Assembly (NCBI GenBank): GCA_963716985.1
Contig: OY970323.1
Location: 96,001-160,000 of the forward strand
Length of the DNA: 64,000 bases
From: an uncultured bacterium
GTDB taxonomy: Bacteria > Chlamydiota > Chlamydiia > Chlamydiales > SM23-39
Direction of reading: 5' to 3'
Of the stretch, positions 38,624-48,728 are shown in pieces (position 1 is the first letter of the stretch; each line of letters opens with the position of its first letter). The notes beneath the pieces were generated by a model. The model worked only from the letters and a program-made list of their open reading frames with translations, did no database searches and was not told where the DNA came from. Position numbers and translations under genes: made by a program.

Positions 38624-40546
38624 CTAAGCAAGGGCGAAGATAGACACGAGGCTCTTTTCTCTTTTTTCGGTCGTGATTTTTTCAAGAAAATGAGGCAACT
38701 CTAAACCACCATGAATCACGTTGTCCCTTGTTCTCAAAGAAAGGGTCTGATTCTTCACTTCTTGATCGCCCACCGTAATCATATAATTGATTTTTAATAA
38801 TTGTGCATTACGAATTTTTTTGGACACCGACTCGTTCGAGTCATCCACGTCGCAACACACATCGGTCTCCTCTTCGATCTTGTTTGCCAACATACGGGCA
38901 TATTCCACATGGCGATCGGCGACGGGAATCATTCGTACTCCAAGAGGAGAGAGCCACAGGGGAAATTTTCCCGCAAAATGTTCGATCAGAACGCCGAAGA
39001 AGCGCTCGATTGAACCGAAAAGCGCGCGGTGGATCATCGCAGGTCTTTGGCGCGATCCGTCGGCAGCGATATATTCTAGGTCAAATTTCTCCGGAAGAGA
39101 AAAGTCTACTTGCACCGTTCCGCACTGCCAGCTTCTTTCCAAAGCATCGCGGATATGGATGTCGATTTTGGGGCCGTAAAAAGCGCCTCCTCCTTCATTG
39201 ATTCGATAGGGGTGGCCGATTTCATCGAGAGCAGCTTTGAGAGCAATCGTTGCATTTTCCCAATCCTGATCGGAGCCGATGGTTTTGGATTTTTCCGGCC
39301 TTGTGGAAAGCTCCATGCGGATCGGAAGGCCGAACGTATTATAGAGGTTTTGTGCAAAGGAGAGTATGAGGAGGATTTCTTCCTTGATTTTTGTTTTTTC
39401 CGTAAAGATGTGGGCATCGTCTTGATGAAAGCTGCGAACGCGGAAAAGACCGTTGAGAGCGCCGGAAGCTTCATATCGATGTACGTTGCCAAATTCGGCA
39501 ACGCGAAGCGGAAGCTCTCGATAGCTATGCGTGTTTGTTTTGTAGTAGAGCATGCAGCCGGGGCAGTTCATCGGCTTGATTGCAAATTCGCGATCTTCAA
39601 CAATCGTGGTATACATGTTCTCTTTATAGTAGAACCAGTGGCCCGAACGCTCCCAGAGCTCTTTCGTTAAAAGAATCGGGGTTTTGATTTCGATGTATCC
39701 CGCTTTTTTGAGACCTTTTCTTAAAAACTGGAGCAGATTGTCCCAGATGATCAATCCCTTTGGATAAATAAAGGGCATGCCGGGGGCCTCCTCTTTGAGG
39801 CCGAAGAGAGAGAGTTGCTGGCCAAGTATTTTGTGATCTCTCTTTTTCGCCTCTTCTAAAAGAGTTAAGTATTGCAAGAGCAGATCTTTTTCCGGATAGG
39901 AAATGGCGTAAATGCGGGTGAGCATTTCTTTAGTAGAGTCTCCCCTCCAATAGGCGCCGGAAGTTTTTAAAATTTTAAACGCCTTGATTTTTCCCACGTT
40001 GGGCAGATGGGGCCCTCGGCAGAGATCGAGAAATTCTTCAATTTGATAAGCGGTGAAAGGACCCTCGGGCAGATCTTGAATGAGCTCTTTTTTATAAGAA
40101 TTATGGGCAAAGGCGTGCAACGCTTCTTTTTTGTCCTTGAAAACCTTTTTTTGAATCGATGCGTTGTCCTTGATAATTTTTTTGACCTCTTCTTCAATGG
40201 CCCCGAAATCTTCTTCCGAGATTTTCAAATTTGCAAAATCATAATAAAAGCCCTTATCAATCGCGGGGCCGATCGTTGGAACTGCAGAAGGGTGAAGTCG
40301 TAAGATGGCAAGAGCCAGAACGTGGGACGAGGTATGCCAAAAGATTTCCTGTCCTTTCGGATCGTCAAAGGAGAGAAATTCGATTACGTCTCCATCTGTC
40401 AGCATCTGGCTGGCATCAAAAAGGTCCTCTCCGATTTTTACTGCAAGCGCCTGCTTGGGCTCTGTGAGCTTGAGTGTTTTTGCCAAATCGAGGGCAGAAC
40501 TTTTTTCCGGAAGAGAGATTTCTTTGCCTTGATATTTGATCTTCAT
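38624..40546 (-). CDS. thrS: Threonyl-tRNA synthetase
   Basis: TGS domain; DLCRGPH, KPMNCPG, FYGPKID and IHRA motifs. Confidence 0.97.
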   Translation of the reverse strand: MKIKYQGKEISLPEKSSALDLAKTLKLTEPKQALAVKIGEDLFDASQMLTDGDVIEFLSFDDPKGQEIFWHTSSHVLALAILRLHPSAVPTIGPAIDKGFYYDFANLKISEEDFGAIEEEVKKIIKDNASIQKKVFKDKKEALHAFAHNSYKKELIQDLPEGPFTAYQIEEFLDLCRGPHLPNVGKIKAFKILKTSGAYWRGDSTKEMLTRIYAISYPEKDLLLQYLTLLEEAKKRDHKILGQQLSLFGLKEEAPGMPFIYPKGLIIWDNLLQFLRKGLKKAGYIEIKTPILLTKELWERSGHWFYYKENMYTTIVEDREFAIKPMNCPGCMLYYKTNTHSYRELPLRVAEFGNVHRYEASGALNGLFRVRSFHQDDAHIFTEKTKIKEEILLILSFAQNLYNTFGLPIRMELSTRPEKSKTIGSDQDWENATIALKAALDEIGHPYRINEGGGAFYGPKIDIHIRDALERSWQCGTVQVDFSLPEKFDLEYIAADGSRQRPAMIHRALFGSIERFFGVLIEHFAGKFPLWLSPLGVRMIPVADRHVEYARMLANKIEEETDVCCDVDDSNESVSKKIRNAQLLKINYMITVGDQEVKNQTLSLRTRDNVIHGGLELPHFLEKITTEKREKSLVSIFALA

Positions 40547-40704
40547 GGGGAACTCTTGTCTAAAATGGTTGTTCAAAATAGAACTGATGTTACTTGATTG
40601 TGATGAAAAACCAAATAAAAAAACAAGAGGGAGAAAAACTTTTTCTTTTTGTGATTTTTGTGGTATGAAGGAAACCATTCTTAAAAACTTTTTGAGGAAT
40701 TCTT

Positions 40705-41517
40705 ATGAAAAAGCTTCTTTTCTTCGCGCTTCTTCTCTCCGGGGGGACGCTCCAAGCGCTTGCTACGTACAATCCAAAATCTCCATCGATGATCCATGAA
40801 GGTTTTTTCTTTTCTCCTTCGAGTTTTATCGGCTGTCGTGCGGGCTATGAGGGAAGCTTTGTCTTTGATCGGAGAATGGAGCAAGAGGATCCCGAAGGTG
40901 GCCGTGTCGATGAGTGGAAAATGGACTCCCACCTTGGCCTTGCGGTTGTGAACTTATGGGATCGTCTCGACCTTTATGGCGGGGCCGGACAAGTGCGCAT
41001 TCGCTCTGCATGGCGCGTGGAACCGCTGGGGCAAGATATTTCCCGCATTGATCTCGAGACCCATTATGGCCTTACCTGGACCGTGGGGGCCAACGTGATC
41101 TGCTACGAATGGAAAGATTTTTGTTTTTCTGTGGGAGGAAGATATGAAGAGGGAGATCCCGCGCTTCTCTGGATATCCTCGAATGGCCAGCCGTTTGCCT
41201 TGGGAAAAAAGAGTGAAATGGAGTGGAAAGAATGGCAGGCCAACGCCTCCGTTTCTTATAAAATCGATTTTCTGATCCCTTATATCGGTGTGAAATATTC
41301 TGAAGCCGAGGCAACCGTTACAACCTTTCAGGATGAAATGGCGCTTCCTATTGCCATTGCTAGCGATGACGGATCTTCCTTAAAAATGGAGAGCAGAAAA
41401 ATTTGGGGCATGGTCTTGGGTTGCGGCCTTTCCAATTCCAAATACTTTCAGCTTAATATCGAAGCGCGCCTGTTTGATGAAGAGGGCGGCGTTATTTATG
41501 GAGATTTTCGTTTTTAA
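40705..41517 (+). CDS. MOMP/PorB-like outer membrane protein
   Basis: Signal peptide; EWQANASVSY and PYIGVKYS; C-terminal FRF. Confidence 0.75.
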   Translation: MKKLLFFALLLSGGTLQALATYNPKSPSMIHEGFFFSPSSFIGCRAGYEGSFVFDRRMEQEDPEGGRVDEWKMDSHLGLAVVNLWDRLDLYGGAGQVRIRSAWRVEPLGQDISRIDLETHYGLTWTVGANVICYEWKDFCFSVGGRYEEGDPALLWISSNGQPFALGKKSEMEWKEWQANASVSYKIDFLIPYIGVKYSEAEATVTTFQDEMALPIAIASDDGSSLKMESRKIWGMVLGCGLSNSKYFQLNIEARLFDEEGGVIYGDFRF

Positions 41518-41526
41518 AAATCAGGC

Positions 41527-42330
41527 TTGATGAAAAAATTGGCCCCCTATTTTGCGACAAGAGAAAAGGTTTTTTGGCTTTTCTTCAGCCTTTTCTTTCC
41601 CGCACTCGGCTTTTCTCTGTTCGTGGACAATCCTTCCTCTCCCTCGATCTTGGAAGAGGGGATCTTTTCGAAGGATGCGCCTGTAAATCTTCGCGTGGGA
41701 TATCATACTAGCATTGTGGGGGATGAAAGGCTGCGCGTTTATAAAAGCGAGGAGGAAAAATTTGTCTCTCTTCGCGCACCCGCACGCATGCAGGTTTTTT
41801 CCCTTATTTTAAACGTGAAAGAAAGAGCGGACCTTTCTCTTTTTTCGGGAAGCGATCTGGTCTTCCTTCGTCTGCAAATGAAAAACCACGTTTATGATTT
41901 AAAGAGCAGAGAATCCTTCTTTGTTGCCGGAGGGGGGAAGATCCTTTTGATTGAAAATAAAGAGTTTTCTTTTGGCGTAGATGGGAAATATCTATTTTTT
42001 CGCACCCATGTATCAACATTTTATAAAGATGCCGCTCCCCTGCCTTTTTTTGGGAGTCTCATGCAGCTGAAAGAGTGGCAGATCACGCCGCTTATCTCCT
42101 ATAAAACGGGTTTTCTCATCCCCTATTTCGGCATTCCTTGCAGGTTTGCCAAGATGCATGTCAAACATCTGCCTTTTGTGGAATCGGCTCTCTTGCAGCT
42201 CAAATCTCTTCACAAAGCCGGCATTTGTCTTGGCGTAACCATCTCCCCTTGCCTTGGAACATTCGTGAATCTTGAGGGCGAGTGGCTTTCGGAAAATTCC
42301 TTTAACCTTTCTTCCGAAGTGCGATTTTAA
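41527..42330 (+). CDS. MOMP-like outer membrane protein paralogue
   Basis: NPSSPSI, EWQI and IPYFG shared with the upstream gene; C-terminal VRF. Confidence 0.65.
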   Translation: MMKKLAPYFATREKVFWLFFSLFFPALGFSLFVDNPSSPSILEEGIFSKDAPVNLRVGYHTSIVGDERLRVYKSEEEKFVSLRAPARMQVFSLILNVKERADLSLFSGSDLVFLRLQMKNHVYDLKSRESFFVAGGGKILLIENKEFSFGVDGKYLFFRTHVSTFYKDAAPLPFFGSLMQLKEWQITPLISYKTGFLIPYFGIPCRFAKMHVKHLPFVESALLQLKSLHKAGICLGVTISPCLGTFVNLEGEWLSENSFNLSSEVRF

Positions 42331-42525
42331 CGCAGTGCGGCTTTGAATCGAATTTGTGAAAATAGAAGAGGGAACCTCTTTGAAAGGAGTCTATTGATAG
42401 CAAAAAGACTTTTCTTCGGCAACATTCACAATAAGAACCACTTTTGATATTCGTTTTGCGAAAAAAGAGAAGCTCCGATAATCTTTACCCCTAGATATTA
42501 GGTTTTTCAGACAGGATTTTTTTTT

Positions 42526-43755
42526 ATGACTTGCGGTTTTAAATTGTGGACGGCGTTTTTCGTGTTGGGCTTTTTCCTTTTTTCAAGCAAATCTTATGCA
42601 GATGAAAAAGAAGATGCTCAGATGAAGGAGCTGAAAGAATGGATTCGTCAAAAACGCTTGGTAACGATCAAAGAACTTGGCGGAGAGCTCGCAATTAGCG
42701 GCGAGACAAGGGTGGAAGGACAGTGGATTTCGGAAAAAAGCAACGGCATCAAACAGCGCGGAAGCCATGCGGCCACAAAAAAACCTGAATATGGTTGGGA
42801 CATTGAGGTCAACTTGATGTTCGACTATCGAACGGAAAATACCTGGACCTCGGTCAAGTTGGAATTTGATAATGATATGGGAGTTTCTTCCGGAGTCGGA
42901 GATCATTTGAATTTGGAAAGAGCCTATTTGGGAGGAAGAATTGTCCAGCGCGATACCTTTACTTTTGACGCAGAACTGGGCCGGCGTCCCATGAATAACG
43001 TTTTCGATTCAGACATCGAATTCAATTCTAGACTCGACGGTGTTGTTTTCAGGTTCAACAAGGCCTTTGAGCCGATCGGCAACATGTATTTCAACATTGC
43101 CCCCTTTATTGTCGATGATCGCATAGATCATTATAGCGTTGTAGGAGAGCTGGGCCTTTTGCAAGTCGCCCATACGGGTTTTTACGTGAAATATTCGCTT
43201 GTCGACTGGAAGAAACATTATGCAAACGAAGTGCGCAACCTTTTTTATAACTATCTGAATTCCCAAGGAATGGTCGGTTATCAATACGTCATTGCTCCTT
43301 GGCACAAGCTGGTCGATTTTTATGCGGCCGTTCTTTGCAACCATCTGGCCAAGAAGATTCCTCTGACCCATAACAAACGGGATAATTGGGCGGGCTATTT
43401 CGGCGTGGACATCGGACAGATCAAGAAGAAGGGAGACTGGGCTATTCTTCTTACTTTCCAATATGTAGAGCCTCAGGCAATACCCGACTTTGACGTTTCC
43501 GGCATCAAGCGCGGCAATGCCGCAGGCGTTGGACTGTACACAACAGATGTAAAGGAAAGCGAAGGAGATCCGACAACCCGAGCCGATGCTGTCGGCAATT
43601 GCAACTATAAGGGATTTGTTTTGGATCTTCTCTATGGCGTCACGAATAATTTGACCCTGTACCAGAGCTTGGAAATGTCGCAAAATATCAAAAAGACGTT
43701 AGGGCCATTGGTCTATTATAAGAAATATGAGCTCGAATTGATCTACACCTTCTAG
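42526..43755 (+). CDS. Putative outer membrane beta-barrel protein (chlamydial CT623-like)
   Basis: Signal peptide, amphipathic strands, C-terminal YTF. Confidence 0.65.
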   Translation: MTCGFKLWTAFFVLGFFLFSSKSYADEKEDAQMKELKEWIRQKRLVTIKELGGELAISGETRVEGQWISEKSNGIKQRGSHAATKKPEYGWDIEVNLMFDYRTENTWTSVKLEFDNDMGVSSGVGDHLNLERAYLGGRIVQRDTFTFDAELGRRPMNNVFDSDIEFNSRLDGVVFRFNKAFEPIGNMYFNIAPFIVDDRIDHYSVVGELGLLQVAHTGFYVKYSLVDWKKHYANEVRNLFYNYLNSQGMVGYQYVIAPWHKLVDFYAAVLCNHLAKKIPLTHNKRDNWAGYFGVDIGQIKKKGDWAILLTFQYVEPQAIPDFDVSGIKRGNAAGVGLYTTDVKESEGDPTTRADAVGNCNYKGFVLDLLYGVTNNLTLYQSLEMSQNIKKTLGPLVYYKKYELELIYTF

Positions 43756-45401
43756 GCAATAAAGAAAGAGACTTTTTTTCGGGGAAGATAGCGGTGGAAA
43801 TGCCATTCTTCCCTTTGGTACCGGATGATTTTCCAATCGGAAAAGGGTCCGTGCTCTTTCGTCTCCCAAATTTTCTTAAACGGCTGCAAGAAAGAGCCTT
43901 TTTCCATGAAGAGGATGACAAAATCCCCATCTTTTTTGACCGCCTTTGCTTTCTCAAAAAGAGAGTCCATCGATCGGCAAATGAAAAGCGTGTTGAACAA
44001 TCCGTTCAAAAAAGGAAAACGGAGAGAGCTTTTTTTATAGACGATGATCTTCGCGTTCGGCAGAAAAGAAAAGAGCAGAAGGGGGATGATCCAAGAACAT
44101 TTTGATAGAAGCAGAAGAGTATCGAAAGAGGGCGCTTTTTTCACTTGAGGGAGGAAGAAGGTCTTCAGAATTTTTTGAGCGAAGAAGGAAAAGAAAAGAT
44201 GGGACATGCGTCCCGTGAGGGTAAGGTTGAAAAGGAATGCGATCAAGGAGATCCATCCAAAGCCGCTGGCTGCCGTAAAATGAAATACCTCGCTGAAAAA
44301 GTAGAGGGCAAAGGAGGCCAGAAGAACGCCGCAAAAACTCAAGAAGTTAGAGGAAGCGATGATCTGCCCGCGCTCGCTATCCTGGCTGTTGATTTGTAAG
44401 TAGGAGTCAAAAGGAATCAAATAGAGGCCTCCGGAAATTCCTAAAAGAATCAAAAGAGCAACCACGGGGAAGAAAAAATGGGAAAAAATAAATAATAGCA
44501 AAAGAAAAAGAGACATGAAGAAGCCGGCTAAACAGGAAAGGGCAAGCGGCGCATCTCCCTTGGCCCATTTGCCCGCAAGGAAAGAGCCGAAAGCAATTCC
44601 AATGGCGGTTGCGAGAAAAAGATAGCCTCCGTTTACCTCGCTCAAATGGAGCGATTGGATCGCAAAGGGGATGATGTTGAGCTGCACAAATCCGCCTATA
44701 AATAGGAAGAATGCGGAGCCGCATATGGCAGAAAGAAGATTCGGGGTTTGCGAGCTGATTTTTAAGGTTTTATAGATCTCGTAGAAAAAAAAAGGATTGA
44801 TGCGCCTGGAAGAGCCTTGCGGAGCTGTTCGTTGAATCTGGAAACAGCTAAGGAGGCCAAGAATGGAAAAAAAGCAGCAGGAAAAAGAGACCACATAGAA
44901 ATTTTTATGGGAAATGTCGGTAAGAAAGGAGGCCAAGAAAGTTCCAAAAATGATGGCTAGAAAGGTGAGAGAGGTCAAGGTTCCGTTGGCTTTCGAGACG
45001 TTTTTCGATTCGACGATTTCGGGAATGATCCCATATTTTGAAGGTCCAAAAATGGCACTATGCGTTGCCAGAAGAAAAAGAAGAAAATAGAGCCATGTGG
45101 TTGTTTGCAGATAGATGGCAAGAATGCTCAGGAGCATGATGAGCAGCTCGAAGCTTTTCATGGAGACGATGATGGTCCTTTTGCTCAAGCGGTCGGCCAA
45201 AATACCTGCCGCTGAAGAGAATAGAAGAAAAGGAATGACAAAGAGCGCTCCCGCTAAGGAGAGAATGGCAGGGGCCATCTCGACTCCCTCCTTGTCGATC
45301 AAAAAATAGACGACGAGAAGTTTAAAGATATTATCGTTAAGGGCTCCTAAAAATTGGGAGATATTTAAAAAAAGAAAAGAATTTTTAGGGTAAATCCGCA
45401 T
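43752..45401 (-). CDS. MFS lysophospholipid transporter (LplT/Aas-like)
   Basis: QFLGALNDNIFK and FGPSKYGIIPE motifs. Confidence 0.85.
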   Translation of the reverse strand: MRIYPKNSFLFLNISQFLGALNDNIFKLLVVYFLIDKEGVEMAPAILSLAGALFVIPFLLFSSAAGILADRLSKRTIIVSMKSFELLIMLLSILAIYLQTTTWLYFLLFLLATHSAIFGPSKYGIIPEIVESKNVSKANGTLTSLTFLAIIFGTFLASFLTDISHKNFYVVSFSCCFFSILGLLSCFQIQRTAPQGSSRRINPFFFYEIYKTLKISSQTPNLLSAICGSAFFLFIGGFVQLNIIPFAIQSLHLSEVNGGYLFLATAIGIAFGSFLAGKWAKGDAPLALSCLAGFFMSLFLLLLFIFSHFFFPVVALLILLGISGGLYLIPFDSYLQINSQDSERGQIIASSNFLSFCGVLLASFALYFFSEVFHFTAASGFGWISLIAFLFNLTLTGRMSHLFFSFFAQKILKTFFLPQVKKAPSFDTLLLLSKCSWIIPLLLFSFLPNAKIIVYKKSSLRFPFLNGLFNTLFICRSMDSLFEKAKAVKKDGDFVILFMEKGSFLQPFKKIWETKEHGPFSDWKIIRYQREEWHFHRYLPRKKVSFFIA

Positions 45402-45518
45402 GCAACGACCTTAAAAAGAAGGGCTATGATGAAAGTGCCACCCTTCGCTATGATCAACTATATCATGTCTGTTTAGACAAAAAAAGAAACGCAAGAATTT
45501 TAAAAATTTGACTTTTTG

Positions 45519-48500
45519 ATGAAACGAGAGACGGTTTTTTTTAGCAACTACCTGGAAGCGCTCTTTGAAAAATTCAAGGAACATCTTTTTACCCACCTTT
45601 CTTTGTCCTCTCTTATTTATGTATTGGTTCCGGGCGATAAGGTCAAGCAATGGTTGATGAAACGGCTGGTCAAAGATGAAGGAATACTTGGAGCCGTCTC
45701 ATTTTATACCCTCTCCGACCTCATCCCCCTCCTCAAGAAGGAATCCTTTCCGGATCTTTTCGAGCTCGAGCTTTTGGTGCAAGAGCAGATTTTTTTGCAA
45801 ATATCGCAAAGGAAAAAGGAAGAGACTTTAGACGCTCTTTATAGCTTCTTGAGCGAGGGCGGAAAAACTTCTTCAAAAAGAGTTCTCGAGGTAAGCCGCC
45901 TCCTCTCCGAGCTTTTTTCTCTTTATGGGATTTACGGAAAAGAGATGCTTGCCTTTCTTGAAAAATCCCCGGGGTGGCAAGCGGCTCTTTGGCGCTCCAT
46001 TTTTATTGAGAAAAAATGGAAAACGCCCATGCGCGATCTTTTTTCTATGGAAGACAGATCTTTTGAGAAACGGGTAGAGATCCATCTCTTTGCCCCTTCC
46101 CACCTGCCCGCGCTTTATCGCGAAGAGCTCCACCGTCTATCATTTCACAGCGCCGTCTATTTCTATCTGCTCTCTCCAACGTTTTGTTTTTGGGAAGATC
46201 TTGTGTCTGACCGCGAGAGAAGATCCCTTCTTCAATTTTGGAAAAGAAAAGAGGTGTCAGCGGAAAAGAGGGAAGAGATGGACGTTTATTTACAGGATCG
46301 AAACGCTCTTCTTGCCAACTTGGGCAAAATAGGAAGAGAAACGTTGAAAATTTTGGACAGAGAAGAGCTGCAGATAGAAGAGTATTATGCCCCTTTCAAC
46401 AGAGATTCTCTTTTGCACTCGCTGCAAGAAGATCTACTCTCCCTGACCAATCCCCAAAGCGAAGAGAAAGAAGTTTTTTCTTCAGCTGATCGATCGCTGC
46501 AAATCCATGAAGCGCCTTCCCTTTTGCAGGAAGTGGATTGCCTCTATCAGTTTCTTTTAAAGGAGATAGGGGAAAAAAAACTTTCCTTCTCCGACATCAC
46601 GGTCGCATCTCCGGATATTTCTCTTTACGAGCCCTTCATTCATCGGGTTTTTGGGGAGGGACAAATCCCCTATCGAATCTTTGATTTGCCTCTTTGTGAA
46701 AAGAGCTCTTTTGCCAAAGGCCTTCGCGATTTTTTTCATCTGATGCATTCTCGATGGACAAAAGAAGATCTTTTTGCCCTGCTCGAAAACCCCTCGATTC
46801 AAAACAAGCATCCTCTTGATATAGAAGAGCTGAAGGGCTTGTTTTTGCGGGCACATATCAGCTGGGGCATCGATAGCGAGCATCGAACCGGTTTTTTGGA
46901 AACGAAAAATAGCGTGAGCGGGCAGGGAACGTGGCAAGGCGCAATCGAGAGCTTATTAGACGGGTTTGTTTTGTGCCAAGAAAAGAGAGATCCTCTGTCT
47001 CCTTCTTTCTTTTTTGAAAAAAGCGAGGCGCCTCTACTGGATCGTTTTCTTTTGCTGTTCGAACGGTTAAAAGAAGACATTGCTTTTTTAGAAAAAGCTC
47101 CTCTTCTATCCCTTGCGGAGGCAGCTGATTTTTTTGAGAGGATCGCATGTTATTATTTTGCAATCGACTCGGGAAAGGCGGAGGAGCAAAAAGCATTTTC
47201 ATTCTTCCAAGAAACGTTAAAAAAGATACGTTGTAGTGCAAAAAAATTGGAAGAAAAGAAGTTTTTGACCGACGGGCTTATTGCGCATTTACTGCAGAGA
47301 ATGCGAGGGACATTTGCCACTCCCTCCTCTTTATTGGAGACGGTTCATTTTCAGTCTATGAAGGAAGGGGCCTTTGTCCCTTCTAAGATCGTTTGTCTGA
47401 TGGGGTTGAATGAGGAGTTCCCAAGAAATGAGACAGTCTCTTCCTTGAACCTGCTTTTGAAAGAGAAGAAAAGAGAGTATGTCCCCTCTCAAAATGAGAA
47501 GGACCGCGCTCTTTTTTTAGAGGCCCTTCTCTCGGCAAGAAACATTCTTTACATCAGCACTGGCCAATCGAATCTGCAACATAGCCGACGCTCTCTCATC
47601 ATCGAAGAGCTGCTTGCCTATCTAGAGAGCAGATTTTTCTTTGAAAAGGATGTGCGCACACATATTGTGCGCGTGCATCCGCTTTTTTCTTTTGATCGAA
47701 TCTACTTTGAAAAAAACCCGGCCTTTGAAAATTTTTCGTCTCTTTCCTACCAGGCGGCTAAAAGCTATTATCGAGAAAAAAGGAAAGAAAAAAACATTTG
47801 GGAAGAGGAGATATGCTCTCCTCTAGAGGACGTCATCGAGAGCAAATCTTTAGAAAGGCTAGCCTCCCATCCGGTCAAATTTTTTTTCCAAAAGAGCTTG
47901 CAAATATTTTTGCATGAAGAGGAGAAAGAACATTTTTCCCTTTCTTCTCTGGACCGCCATCTTTTGCGCTCCTCGTTGTTGCAGCAAGAGAGAAGAGAGA
48001 TTCTTGCTGCCATCGAAAAAAACGGATCTTTTCCAGGAGGGTCCTTTCTTGAGATGATCAAGGAAGAGGCGGAAAAAGAGCTTCTTTCCTATGAAGAAAA
48101 TCTTCTCGCGCTTGGCGTGGATAAAAAAAAGATTTTTTCCGTCGACATGATCGAGGGATGCGAGGAGCCGGTCCAAAAAGAGAGCGGGGATTGGATTGCG
48201 CCTCCCTTAGAGCTGATGCGAAAGGGAAAAAAGGTTACAATCGTCGGACGGATCGATAGATTGTCCGAGAAGGGAATTTTGCACCATGGACATGGGAGCT
48301 TATGGGACTGGATTCGCATTTGGCCCCGCCTTTTGCTCTACCGGCATTTTCCCTTTCTGGAAAAAGGACACGTTCTCTTCACCAAGAGCGCGAAGATAAA
48401 AGAGATTGTTCTTGGCGATCTTGCGCCGCTTTTTGCTGCCTATTTAGATTATTATGAAAAAGCCAAGCAATCGCCCTCTCCTTTGTTAAGAGACTGGGCG

Positions 48501-48728
48501 GAGGGCTTTTTTTTGGGAGAAAAAGAGCTGGAAGAGGAAATTGTGCGCACAACCTTTATGAAAAGAGGCGATGATCCCTATCTGGAACGTCTTTTTTTCC
48601 TTTCCGAAAAACCCTCCGCTTCATTTTTGCAAGAGCGTTGGAAAAAGACTCTGATGAGCGCCCTTCAGCCCATCCTTTCCCCTTTCTTAGAAAAAAAGGA
48701 AAAGAAGGAGGAAGATGTCTGCCTTTAA
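45519..48728 (+). CDS. recC: Exodeoxyribonuclease V gamma subunit
   Basis: FSNYLEAL, LLANLGKIGRE and LQIHEAPS motifs; operon with recB and recD. Confidence 0.88.
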   Translation: MKRETVFFSNYLEALFEKFKEHLFTHLSLSSLIYVLVPGDKVKQWLMKRLVKDEGILGAVSFYTLSDLIPLLKKESFPDLFELELLVQEQIFLQISQRKKEETLDALYSFLSEGGKTSSKRVLEVSRLLSELFSLYGIYGKEMLAFLEKSPGWQAALWRSIFIEKKWKTPMRDLFSMEDRSFEKRVEIHLFAPSHLPALYREELHRLSFHSAVYFYLLSPTFCFWEDLVSDRERRSLLQFWKRKEVSAEKREEMDVYLQDRNALLANLGKIGRETLKILDREELQIEEYYAPFNRDSLLHSLQEDLLSLTNPQSEEKEVFSSADRSLQIHEAPSLLQEVDCLYQFLLKEIGEKKLSFSDITVASPDISLYEPFIHRVFGEGQIPYRIFDLPLCEKSSFAKGLRDFFHLMHSRWTKEDLFALLENPSIQNKHPLDIEELKGLFLRAHISWGIDSEHRTGFLETKNSVSGQGTWQGAIESLLDGFVLCQEKRDPLSPSFFFEKSEAPLLDRFLLLFERLKEDIAFLEKAPLLSLAEAADFFERIACYYFAIDSGKAEEQKAFSFFQETLKKIRCSAKKLEEKKFLTDGLIAHLLQRMRGTFATPSSLLETVHFQSMKEGAFVPSKIVCLMGLNEEFPRNETVSSLNLLLKEKKREYVPSQNEKDRALFLEALLSARNILYISTGQSNLQHSRRSLIIEELLAYLESRFFFEKDVRTHIVRVHPLFSFDRIYFEKNPAFENFSSLSYQAAKSYYREKRKEKNIWEEEICSPLEDVIESKSLERLASHPVKFFFQKSLQIFLHEEEKEHFSLSSLDRHLLRSSLLQQERREILAAIEKNGSFPGGSFLEMIKEEAEKELLSYEENLLALGVDKKKIFSVDMIEGCEEPVQKESGDWIAPPLELMRKGKKVTIVGRIDRLSEKGILHHGHGSLWDWIRIWPRLLLYRHFPFLEKGHVLFTKSAKIKEIVLGDLAPLFAAYLDYYEKAKQSPSPLLRDWAEGFFLGEKELEEEIVRTTFMKRGDDPYLERLFFLSEKPSASFLQERWKKTLMSALQPILSPFLEKKEKKEEDVCL